Assembly (NCBI RefSeq): GCF_020073745.1 | Contig: NZ_JAIRAU010000002.1 | Span: 17,694-81,693, forward strand | Direction of reading: 5' to 3' | From: Nannocystis pusilla | Lineage (GTDB): Bacteria > Myxococcota_A > Polyangia > Nannocystales > Nannocystaceae | Length of the DNA: 64,000 nt | In this document: in pieces, positions 18,873 to 28,400 of the stretch | How positions within the stretch are numbered: position 1 is the stretch's first letter | Layout of the letters: every line of letters starts with the position of its first letter | Translations under genes and position numbers: made by a program | Notes under the pieces: model-generated | Database searches by the model: none | What the model was told of the DNA's origin: nothing | The model's input: only the letters and a program-made list of their open reading frames with translations

Positions 18873-20405
18873 ATGGAGGTCGCGATTCGCATCGGCCTCG
18901 CCCTCGCGCTCTCTCTCCTCGTGATCGCGCTGTTCAGGCTCGGCCGCCGCGCCCCGGCCCGGCCCGAGGATGAGGTGCGCCCCCGGGGATGGAGCTCGAT
19001 CGTCGGCAATGCGCTGTTCCTCGCCGCCTTGTGGGCCGTGGTCGGCGTCATCGCGGCGTTCATGGCTTTCGGCGGCAACCTGGTCGACGCCGTCCCACCG
19101 GTCGCCGAGTTCGTCGAAATACGGGGCGAGCCCGGCGACGCAGCGCCCGCGTGCGGCCCGCCTGGCCCGCGTGGGCGGCCACACCTCGTCGAGGTCGTCC
19201 ACAGCACCGACCAGGGGCCCTGGCTCGCGCAGGCCGCCGACGCCTTCATGGAGCAGTGCCCGAACGTCCAGCTCCGGCTGACCGCGCGCGATGACTTCGA
19301 GGCTGCCAGCGCCATTCTCCGCGGTGAACTGCGACCGACGCTGTGGGCGCCGGCCGAGGAGCTGTCTCTGCGCTATCTGGACATCCGGTGGCGCGAGCAG
19401 TCGGCCGAGTCGCTGTTCCGGATCGACGAGCGGCGCCCCCTCGTCCGCTCGCCGCTCGTCGTCCTGCTCCACGAGAAGCAGTTCCGGGCGCTGCGAGCGA
19501 TCCGCGAGGCCGACGGCGATGGGGTGGGGTTCTGGGTCGACGCGCTCTGTCCGACAATTCCTCGCGCACCCGCGCTCGACGGTGTGCTGGAGAAGGACAT
19601 GCTCCCGGGCAACTGGCTCGACTGGTACCAACAGCGGAACCCGCCGCCGCCGCAGCCCGACCCGCGGCTCGTGACGAAAAAAGCGCGCTCCGCCCCTGCG
19701 GTCCCGCCGACGCCCGCCGCTCCGCTGATTCCGACGCCCGAAGAGCTGGGCTCCTGGGGCCGCGTCAAGCTCGGGTTCCCCGCGCCCAACTCCGCCGGCG
19801 GCCTTGCGACGCTCCTGCTGATGGCCCGGCAGCACCTCCTCGCCGACACCGCCGGCGACATCGCGCTCGCGCTCGAGCGCGAGGGCGAGGTCCTGCAGCG
19901 GTGGCTGCGGCGCTGCCACGCGGGGCGTGACGTCTGGTTCGGCTCCGCGGCCCTGCTGACCGACCATTTCTTCGACCTCGGCCCGACGAGCTATGACGGC
20001 GTCGTCACCTACGAGAGCCTCGTCTTCCCGATCCTCGCGCGACTCAGCGCCGACGAGCTCGGAGAGGTCCGGGTGTACTACCCGTCGACGACCCTCGTCG
20101 CCGAGCACCCCGCGGTGCTGATGTGGCCCGACGACGAGGGGCGCGCCCTTGAACTCGACGCCGCGCGGCGCTGGCTGGAGTACCTCGATCGCCAGGAGGT
20201 CCAGCAGAGCGCGATCACGCACGGCCTGCGCCCGGGGCGACTCGAGCGCCCGCTCAGCGCCTTCGACCTCGAGAGGAACCCCTTCCTCGACCTGCGTCGC
20301 TTCGGCATCGAGCTCGAGCCGACCATCGAGGAGCCGCCGCGGCCGGACGGGTCGGTGCTGCGCAGGCTCCTCGAGCTGTGGCGAGACGCGACCGGCCGGA
20401 ATTGA
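18873..20405 (+). CDS. Membrane-anchored protein with a large extracytoplasmic domain, unknown function
   Basis: Two N-terminal hydrophobic helices, then a ~450-aa soluble domain. Divergent from the RiPP-like operon. The start could be as early as 18801. Confidence 0.55.
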   Translation: MEVAIRIGLALALSLLVIALFRLGRRAPARPEDEVRPRGWSSIVGNALFLAALWAVVGVIAAFMAFGGNLVDAVPPVAEFVEIRGEPGDAAPACGPPGPRGRPHLVEVVHSTDQGPWLAQAADAFMEQCPNVQLRLTARDDFEAASAILRGELRPTLWAPAEELSLRYLDIRWREQSAESLFRIDERRPLVRSPLVVLLHEKQFRALRAIREADGDGVGFWVDALCPTIPRAPALDGVLEKDMLPGNWLDWYQQRNPPPPQPDPRLVTKKARSAPAVPPTPAAPLIPTPEELGSWGRVKLGFPAPNSAGGLATLLLMARQHLLADTAGDIALALEREGEVLQRWLRRCHAGRDVWFGSAALLTDHFFDLGPTSYDGVVTYESLVFPILARLSADELGEVRVYYPSTTLVAEHPAVLMWPDDEGRALELDAARRWLEYLDRQEVQQSAITHGLRPGRLERPLSAFDLERNPFLDLRRFGIELEPTIEEPPRPDGSVLRRLLELWRDATGRN

Positions 20406-20412
20406 GCCGAGC

Positions 20413-21417
20413 TCAAGGCGCAGCGGTCGACTCGGAGGCCGGCGACTCGGAGGCCGGCGCCGCGGAGGCCGGCGCCGCGGAGGCCGGCGCCGCGGAGGCC
20501 GGCGTCGAGTCACCACCGACGTTGAACAGCAGCGAGGAGCCCGAGCCGGTCGCTCCGCCGAGGACGAGCACCTTGGAGTTGGACGACTTGGCGAGCTCCG
20601 ACGTCGCTTCGAGGTCGCGCCAGCGCAGCACGTCGGGGGAGAGGTCGCCGATGATCGTGTTGTAGTCGCGGATGCCGCTCGCCTCGGTCCGCTTGCGCTG
20701 GGCCTCCGCCTCCTCGCGCTCGAGCTTGTGGCGATACTCGAGCATCAGCTGTTCCTGGCGGTACCGCTCGGCGATCGCGGCGAGGACGACCTCCGGCAGC
20801 TCGAGGTCGACCAGCTCGAGCTCCTGGATCTGCACGTACGGCTTCTCCTTCTCGCCGTCGCCGGGTTCGTCGCGCCCGAGCGTGGCGATCCGGCGCAGTT
20901 CGAGCATCAGGTCGTTGGCGCTCGAGTAGATCTCGTAGGCGGCTCGATCCCCGAAAGCCCGCCGGACGTGGGCCTGGATGTCCGGCTCGATCACCCGATC
21001 GAAGTAATCGGGGCCGATGTCGCGGTGGAGATGCCCGAGCATGTCGCTGTCCGGCCGGAACTTCACCGAGACGGCGACCTGCAGGTTGAGCCCCTCGTCG
21101 CTGAGGACGTCGAAGTTCAACGTCTTCTGCTGCAGGCGCACCTCGTACAGCGTCAGGTGGTCCCACGGTGGGATGATGTGCAGCCCTTCGCCCCACACCC
21201 TGTCCGTCACCGTGCCTCCGGCGAAATAGCGGTACATCACACCCTGACTTCCGGTCGGGATGGTGATGAACATCCGCGGCCACAGGAAGCCGAGCAACAT
21301 CAGCACCACGACCAGCGCGGTGTAGGTGAGGTATTCGACCCGGCCGAGCGTCTTCTCGCTCCACTCGCGCAAGGGCGACCGGTCGTCGACCTTCCTCGTC
21401 TCCCCGGTGTTCGCCAT
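20413..21417 (-). CDS. SPFH/band-7 (stomatin/prohibitin/HflKC-like) membrane protein with a C-terminal (ASAAP)n repeat
   Basis: N-terminal TM, then a band-7-like core (GLHIIPPWDHLTLYEVR...NFDVLSDEGLNLQV), a coiled-coil EREEAEAQRK, and C-terminal PASAAPASAAPASAAP encoded by a 15-nt tandem repeat at ~20428-20506. Confidence 0.7.
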   Translation of the reverse strand: MANTGETRKVDDRSPLREWSEKTLGRVEYLTYTALVVVLMLLGFLWPRMFITIPTGSQGVMYRYFAGGTVTDRVWGEGLHIIPPWDHLTLYEVRLQQKTLNFDVLSDEGLNLQVAVSVKFRPDSDMLGHLHRDIGPDYFDRVIEPDIQAHVRRAFGDRAAYEIYSSANDLMLELRRIATLGRDEPGDGEKEKPYVQIQELELVDLELPEVVLAAIAERYRQEQLMLEYRHKLEREEAEAQRKRTEASGIRDYNTIIGDLSPDVLRWRDLEATSELAKSSNSKVLVLGGATGSGSSLLFNVGGDSTPASAAPASAAPASAAPASESPASESTAAP

Positions 21418-21423
21418 GAGCGG

Positions 21424-21612
21424 TCAGCCTGCTCGACGGTCGGCCTTGCGTGGGCCCGAGAGCTGAGCGGCGATGAATCCGCCGATCGGCGTCAGCACGA
21501 TCGACAGCAGCACCGTCAGCCAGAAGCCGAGGCGCCGCGTCGTGCCGAGCAACCCGAGCGCCAACAGGGTCACGACCGGCAGCGCATAGACGAAGAGCAG
21601 GGTCAATTCCAT
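21424..21612 (-). CDS. Small two-helix membrane protein (62 aa)
   Basis: MELTLLFVYALPVVTLLALGLLG...LTVLLSIVLTPIGGFIAAQL. GAAGGAG RBS 6 nt upstream of the ATG at 21612. Sits between the DUF697-like and SPFH genes. Confidence 0.55.
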   Translation of the reverse strand: MELTLLFVYALPVVTLLALGLLGTTRRLGFWLTVLLSIVLTPIGGFIAAQLSGPRKADRRAG

Positions 21613-21628
21613 CGCCCGCTCCTTCGGA

Positions 21629-22285
21629 CTACGCCGGCCCCTGGGGCGACACGTTCGGCGCGCCGGGTCGATTGCGCAGCTCGGCGACCTTCTCCTTCGC
21701 GCCCTCGAATTCGCGCCTGAAGTGCTCGCGCATCCGGTGCGGATCGAAGTCGAGGAAGGTGCCGCCGGACTCGAAGTGCATGACGAAGACGCGGCCAATG
21801 GCGTGAGTGAAGGCGCCGGACGCGACCGGCACGCTGATGATCCCCAGCGCCTGGCCGACCACAGGAATCAGCTTGGCGAGGCTCATCCCGAGCGCCGCGC
21901 CGACGCCGACGCCGCCGATCCCGACGAGCAGCGTGCCGACGAGCTTCTTGACGAGATCCTCGCGGAACGCGATGCCGTAGAGCGCGGACAGCTCCTTGAG
22001 CAGCTTGACCTGCACGGCGCTGACGGCGAGCACGTCGGCGACCGGGATCGGTACCGCCCCCGCGCCGAGCGCCCACAGCACGTTACGATGAATGATCGCG
22101 TCCGCCTGCATCAGCCGCGTCTCCGGATCAGTGGCCATTTCTTTCGCTTGCGTCGTCTCGCTCACCATGGACAGTACCTCACTGCGTTTGAGTCCCAATG
22201 TCAAGGTCGCTGCATCGTTTTCCGTATCGCGCATGGCGCGCGATTCGGGCCCAGGAGCCCGCTCCGGCCCCGTTTTGGCGCGCAT
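21629..22285 (-). CDS. DUF697 (YcjF-like) family membrane protein
   Basis: LWALGAGAVPIPVADVLAVSAVQVKLLKELSALYG matches the DUF697 core as I remember it. The start is uncertain; an internal Met at ~22168 is possible. Confidence 0.35.
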   Translation of the reverse strand: MRAKTGPERAPGPESRAMRDTENDAATLTLGLKRSEVLSMVSETTQAKEMATDPETRLMQADAIIHRNVLWALGAGAVPIPVADVLAVSAVQVKLLKELSALYGIAFREDLVKKLVGTLLVGIGGVGVGAALGMSLAKLIPVVGQALGIISVPVASGAFTHAIGRVFVMHFESGGTFLDFDPHRMREHFRREFEGAKEKVAELRNRPGAPNVSPQGPA

Positions 22286-22754
22286 GAACCCTCACGCCCG
22301 GCGCGTTCGCCTGGCGTGACGATTCGTCGATCAATTGCGCTGCGAGGCCTCCCGGGTCCACCCGAGGAGAGCGCCTTCGCATGGCACCTGATGAGGCCCT
22401 CGTATGGTTCGCCGGGGCCCCCTGTGACACGAGTCCGAGCGTGGCTGGCGGGCCCCTCGAACGGCTCACGTCGGTGTGCGGAATCGAGGCCACGAGCGGC
22501 TCCCTGCACGGGTACGCGAGCCTGTTCGACGGGTCGCGCAGATCCGCGCGGCCCGTAGGCAATGCCCGGGGATGTGCGCTCGAGACCTCGGTCATCCACG
22601 GTGAGTCGATACACGTACCGCGCTTTGTCTCGACGGTCCTGTTCACCGTCGTTGTTCGCCACGCGTCGCGCACCGGGTGTTGACGACGACCGGCCGACGT
22701 GCGAGCGTCCTGCCGTTCTCCACACCTGGATCCCGACCGATCAGGAACAATTCC

Positions 22755-22982
22755 ATGCGCGATGAAGAGACGGATGACACCCGTTACGAGGTGGTTATCA
22801 ACCACGAGGAGCAGTACTCGATTTGGCCCGCCGACCGGGAACTGCCGGCCGGGTGGCGCAAGGCGGGCAAGAATGGCACCAAGCGAGAGTGCCTCGCCCA
22901 CATCGATGAAGTGTGGACCGACATGCGGCCGCTGTCCTTGCGGCTCGCCATGGCAAAGGCCGCGGAAGACCCGACCGGCTGA
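22755..22982 (+). CDS. mbtH: MbtH-like protein
   Basis: [15 protein letters not shown]...PAGWRKAG...[20 protein letters not shown] is the classic MbtH signature. ~75 aa. Confidence 0.85.
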   Translation: MRDEETDDTRYEVVINHEEQYSIWPADRELPAGWRKAGKNGTKRECLAHIDEVWTDMRPLSLRLAMAKAAEDPTG

Positions 22983-23018
22983 GCCCGCCCGGCCAGCGGT
23001 GTACGACGAAATCGATCC

Positions 23019-24653
23019 ATGACTATCGTCGAACTGTTCCTCGACGAGGCAGGGAGGGAGCGACGCGCGGTGCTGACCGCGGCAACCCTCGCCGGCGTCG
23101 CCAACGTGTTGGTGCTCGCGCTGGTCAATGCAGCGAGCGCTTCGTCCGACCCGACCGAATTCCGCATCTTCGCGATGTTCGCGCTGGGCGTCGTCCTGTA
23201 CGCCGTCGCGGGGCGCGCGACGTACCACCGCTGTGTGGCCATCGTCGAGTCGGCGCTGCACCGCATGAAGACTCGGATCGTCGACAAGGTCGAGCGCGCC
23301 GATCTGGCCAGCATCGAACGCATCGGCTCCGCCGAGATCTTCGACCGCCTCACGGAGAACGCGGCCGTGATCTCCGGATGGGCAGGGCACATGGCCCACG
23401 TGCTGCAGTCGGCCAGCATCTCCGTGTTCGCCTGCCTCTACCTCGCGTACGTGTCGCCGACCGCGTTCGTGTTGCTCGCGCTGCTGACCGCGATCAGCGT
23501 GAGCATCTACCGCGCCAGGGTCCGCGAGCTCGACGGCTACTTCCAGGAGAAGGCGGAGACACGCCTGCGCTTCTTCGACTCTCTGACGGATCTGTTGCGG
23601 GGCTTCAAGGAGGTCAAGTACAGCCGTCGTCGCGGCACCGAGGTGCGCGCCGGCATCGTCGCTCACTCCGAGCGGATGCGTCGGGCGACGGTCCTGTCCG
23701 GCCGGATCTTCGACGACAACTGGATCTTCGCCAATTGCAGCCTGTTCGCGCTGCTCGGCACCGTCGTGTTCGTGCTCCCCCAGTACGTCCCCACGGACAC
23801 GGCGATGACCGGCACCCTCGTCGCCGGCACGATGTTCATCTGGGGTCCGCTCAGCGGCATCATCAACGGGGTGGCCGCGTTCACTCGCTCCAACCAGGCG
23901 CTGGCCGAGATCGCGGCGCTCGAGGCCAAGCTCGACGCGGCCGGCCTCGAGAGCTCCGAACCCGGCGAGGACCCCTGGGGCGGGCGCTTCTCGTCGATCG
24001 AGCTGCGCGGCCTTCAATACGGCCACGCCGGGGGCACCGAGCAAGGCTTCCACATCGGCCCGATCGACCTCACCGTGAATGCCGGCGAGGTGCTGTTCAT
24101 CGTCGGCGGCAACGGCAGCGGCAAGACGACCCTGGTCAAGACGCTCACCGGCCTGTATGCGCCGAGCGGCGGGCGCCTGCTGGTCGACGGCATCGCCGTC
24201 GACCCGCGCAACGCCGCCGCCTACCGCGAGCTGTTCACGACGATCTACTCCGACTTCCACCTGTTCTCGCGCCTCTACGGCCTCGCCGACGTCGATGCCA
24301 GCGAGGTGCACCGGCTGCTCGCGCAGATGCACCTTCGCAGCCAGACGTCGTTCGCCGAGGGCGGCTTCACCAAGCGCGAGCTGTCGACCGGTCAGCGCAA
24401 GCGCCTGGCGATGATCGTCGCGCTGCTCGAGGACCGCCCGATCTACGTCTTCGACGAGTGGGCCGCCGACCAGGACCCCGAGTTCCGCAAGTACTTCTAC
24501 ACCGAGCTGCTCCCCACGCTCCGGGCCCGCGGAAAGACCGTCCTCGCGGTCAGCCACGACGACCGCTATTTCTCCTGCGCGGATCGTGTCATCACGATGG
24601 AGCAGGGACAGATCCGCGCCGTCCAGCGCTCGGCCGAGAGCGCCGGTCATTGA
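23019..24653 (+). CDS. Cyclic-peptide-type ABC exporter (fused TMD-NBD, SyrD/YojI-like)
   Basis: Six TM helices, then Walker A GGNGSGKTT, ABC signature LSTGQRKRL and Walker B IYVFDEW. Confidence 0.85.
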   Translation: MTIVELFLDEAGRERRAVLTAATLAGVANVLVLALVNAASASSDPTEFRIFAMFALGVVLYAVAGRATYHRCVAIVESALHRMKTRIVDKVERADLASIERIGSAEIFDRLTENAAVISGWAGHMAHVLQSASISVFACLYLAYVSPTAFVLLALLTAISVSIYRARVRELDGYFQEKAETRLRFFDSLTDLLRGFKEVKYSRRRGTEVRAGIVAHSERMRRATVLSGRIFDDNWIFANCSLFALLGTVVFVLPQYVPTDTAMTGTLVAGTMFIWGPLSGIINGVAAFTRSNQALAEIAALEAKLDAAGLESSEPGEDPWGGRFSSIELRGLQYGHAGGTEQGFHIGPIDLTVNAGEVLFIVGGNGSGKTTLVKTLTGLYAPSGGRLLVDGIAVDPRNAAAYRELFTTIYSDFHLFSRLYGLADVDASEVHRLLAQMHLRSQTSFAEGGFTKRELSTGQRKRLAMIVALLEDRPIYVFDEWAADQDPEFRKYFYTELLPTLRARGKTVLAVSHDDRYFSCADRVITMEQGQIRAVQRSAESAGH

Positions 24654-24688
24654 CCTGGTCAGGGCGATCGATGTCGGGCGCGCCGTGC

Positions 24689-25408
24689 TCATCGTAGAAC
24701 CGCATGGCTCGGTGGAAACGCCGCGTCCAGGACCGCCTCCCAGTTCACCGGTAGTTGCGGGACGCCCGCGGCGGCGATGCGCGCCGTGAGCTCGTCGCGG
24801 GCGGTGATGCCGAACCTCCGGACGTAGGCCGACAGGTACTCCGGGCGGGAGAACAGGAACATCAGATCGGTGAGCTGCATCGGCCGAATCACCAGCATCG
24901 GGTGCGGTGCTTCGAGCGGGCGGTAGTCGGGGTTGTGCAAGCCGGGCTCGCGGCAGCCGGGATAGAATTGGCCGATCATCAGACCCCGGGCGGTGATCTC
25001 GGGCTTCAGCGCCTGTTGCACCGGGTCGATGAACCGCGGCCCCGCGTCGTTCGGCAACCCGGGGAATAGGGTCAGGATGGCGCGGAACTCGCGGCCCATC
25101 CCGGTGGTGGGGAGCTCCGCGGGGAAGCGTGCCACCAGCGCGCGCATCACCGACTCCACGGCGGCGGGGCGGAGCTCGCCCTCGTACACATGAAAGCGGA
25201 TCGATCGGAAGCGGTTCAGGCCGGGCTCGACAAAGGGACACACGGACCCCTTGCGACCGATGATCGGGTTCGGCCTGGAGATGAACGTCCTGAGCCACGT
25301 CAGCACCTCCAGCAGCTGCGCGCGAGCAGCTGCCGGGAGACCGGCGCTCTGCTCGTCGAGCTGCTCGGCGCATAACAGCCGGGCTTGCGATGGATCTGTC
25401 AGTTCCAA
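24689..25408 (-). CDS. Hypothetical protein (239 aa) translationally coupled to the NRPS
   Basis: Its start overlaps the NRPS stop by 10 nt. No motif recognised (…GRKGSVCPFVEPGLNRF…GQFYPGCREPGLHNPDYRPLE…). Confidence 0.5.
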   Translation of the reverse strand: MELTDPSQARLLCAEQLDEQSAGLPAAARAQLLEVLTWLRTFISRPNPIIGRKGSVCPFVEPGLNRFRSIRFHVYEGELRPAAVESVMRALVARFPAELPTTGMGREFRAILTLFPGLPNDAGPRFIDPVQQALKPEITARGLMIGQFYPGCREPGLHNPDYRPLEAPHPMLVIRPMQLTDLMFLFSRPEYLSAYVRRFGITARDELTARIAAAGVPQLPVNWEAVLDAAFPPSHAVLR

Positions 25409-28400
25409 GACGTGTCCTCCCTCCGCCCGCCCGAGGAGCCCGAGGGCGCGCCCCCGAATGCGTCCATGGAGGAGCAGCAGGCGATGAGGCGCCGCAGCGA
25501 CGCGAGGAACGCTCCTGCCATCCGCTCGATCGTCGAGGTCTCATGGACAGCGCGGCTGAAGCTCCAGCCGAGCCGCAGTCGCCCGTCCACCACGATGCAG
25601 CTCACCACGAGCTCGTGATACAGCGCCATGTTCGGGCTGATGCTCGTATGCGCCGTCCCGTCGAATGTCCAGGGCGAGCCTGCCTCGTACTGCCCGAGGT
25701 AGTTGAACACCACCGGCATCGGTACGGACAGCGACGCGCGTACATTCGCGTCCGGATGCGCATACCGCAACCAGCCGTATCCGAGGCCCCGGCCGGGCAC
25801 GGACCGCAGCTGCTCTTTCACGTCGTTCAGCAGCACGCCAGGGTCGCAGCCCGGCGGCACGCTCAGCCACAGCGGGATCAGCGACGAGAACCATCCCAGG
25901 GTGCGGGACACGTCCACGTCTGCCACGACAGGCTCGCGACCGTGGTGCTGCAGCGCCACGCAGACCGTGTCTGTCCCGGAGGCGGCGCTCAGCGCGGATG
26001 CGAGGGCCGACAGCAGGACCGCGTCGATCTCCGTCCCATGCGCCGAGCCGACGGCGCGGAGGAGCGCGCTGGTGTCCGCCGGCGAGAGCTCCGCCTCCAC
26101 GGTGCGGCTATCGCCGAAGGTCCCCGGCGCGCCGTAGCGATCTCGCACGATCGGAGTCACGCGACGAGCGCACTGCGCCTGCCAGTACCCGAGCTCCTGC
26201 GACAGGCCGCCGCCGGCGATGAACGCGTGGAGTCGCTCGGACCACTGGCGGAGCGACGTCGTCTTGGGTCCGAGCTCCGGCGTCCGCCCGGCGAGCAGCG
26301 CATCGCAGGTGTGTTGCAGGTCCTCGCACACGATTCGCCACGACACGCCGTCGGTGACGAGGTGGTGCATGACGAGGACCAGCTGCGCGCCCGCTTCGCC
26401 CAGATCCAGCCACGCAGCGCGGCAGATCGGGCCGCGGGACAGATCCATGCCGCGTTGCAGCCGCGCCACCGCCTCGGCCGCCGCGGCGTCGCGGGCCGAG
26501 CGATCCAACGCCGACAGATCCACCCGCTCGAGCACGACGGTCGCGCCCGCCTCGTGCTCCTGAACCCACCCGGACGCGGCGCGACGATACCGCAACCGCA
26601 CCGCGTCATGCTGCTTTGCGACGATCCGCAGCGCCTCTGCGGCGATCTCGGGCGAGAGCGCGGACGGGGGCGTCCAGCGCATCGCCGGGCAGTAGTGATG
26701 GGCGTCCACGGGGTCGCCATCCAAGAACCAGTGCTGGATCGGCGTCAGCGGCACCGTCCCGACGACGGCTTCCTGCTCCGCCAGCACGGCGCTGTCTCTC
26801 CGCACCACCAGCGCGAGCTGGGCCACCGTCTGATGCGTGAACATGTCGCGCGCCGTGAGGTGGAGGCCGGCTCGCTTCGCGCGACCGATCACCTGGATCG
26901 CCAGGATCGAGTCCCCTCCGAGCGAGAAGAAGTTGTCGTGGATCCCGAGCGGCGAGCGCTGCAGCACCGCCGACCACAGCTCGGCGAGCACGCGCTCGAC
27001 CTCGGTCCGCGGCGCCACGCAGGACGTCTCGGCCGCGTCGCGCGTCGCGTCGGGCGGCGGCAGCGCCTTGCGGTCCACCTTGCCGCTGGGGCTCAGCGGC
27101 AGCGCCGTGAGCCGCGCGAACAGGGAGGGGATCATGTACGTCGGCAGCGCGGCCCCGAGGTGCTCGCGCAATGCATCGTCGGTGCATCCGCTCTCGCCGA
27201 GCACCACGTACGCGACCAGGCGCCTGTCACCGGACGCAGGTTCCCACATGACCACGGCGCACGCGCGCACGGACGGGTGCGACGACAGCACCGCCTCGAT
27301 CTCCCCGAGCTCGATGCGGAAGCCGCGGATCTTGACCTGGTGATCGATGCGCCCGAGAAACTCGAGCTCTCCGTTCGCGTCCCAGCGGACGAGGTCGCCC
27401 GTGCGGTACATCCGCGCCCCGGGCGCGGCGGAGAACGGGTCCGGCACGAAGCGCTCCGCCGTCAGTTCGGGCCGGCCCAGATAGCCGCGCGCGAGCCCGG
27501 CACCCCCGATGTACAGCTCGCCCGGGACACCCACCGGCGTCTGCCTCAGGTGTTTGTCGACCACGTGGAGCTGCGTATTGGCGATCCCTCGACCGAGCCG
27601 GACGGCACTCCGTCCGGAGTCGACGCGAGACAGCGCGGACCAGATCGTCGTCTCGGTCGGCCCATACGCGTTCCACACCGAGGACGCCCTGCGCGCCAGT
27701 TCGACCGCCAGATCCGGCGTCATCGCTTCCCCGCCGCACAGCACCTGCAGGGGCCTCTCACCGTCCCAGCCGGCGTCCAGCACCATGCGCCACGTCGCCG
27801 GCGTCGCCTGCATCATCGTCGCGCGATCGAGGGCGCGCACCAGCGCTTCGCCGTTGCTCGCGTCGTCGCGAGACGCCAGGTGGATCGAGGCCCCCCGGAT
27901 CAGAGGCATGAACAGCTCCAGCCCGGCGATGTCGAACGACATCGAGGTCACGGCCAGCATCGCGTCCCGGGGCCCGATCCCCGTCTGCTCGGCGAAGGAG
28001 TGCAGCAGGTTCGTCAGCGCCGCGTGCAGGATCTGGACGCCCTTGGGCCGCCCCGTCGAGCCCGACGTGTACAGCACGTAGCTCGTGTGGTCCGGCCCCA
28101 CGGCGACTGCGGGGGACGTGCGCGGCTGCTGCCACACGGGCGTGCCCGCGTCGAGGTGCACGGTCACGACCTCGTGCGGCGGAAGGCTGTCACGCAGGCG
28201 CGCCTGCGTGAGCAGCACGGCGGGCCGCGCGTCCGTCAGCATGAATGCCAGCCGCTCTCGCGGATAGCTCGGGTCGAGCGGCACGTAGGCCCCGCCCGCC
28301 TTCAGGATCCCCAGCAGCCCCACGACCATCTCCAGCGAACGCTCGACGCACAGCGCCACCAGCACCTCCGGGCCGACGCCCAGGCCGCGCAGGTGATGGG

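Noticed and set aside
22179-25544. 1121-aa minus-strand ORF spanning the MbtH, ABC exporter and 239-aa genes
   Set aside because: It is antisense to three well-supported genes and has a low-complexity, Arg-rich translation.
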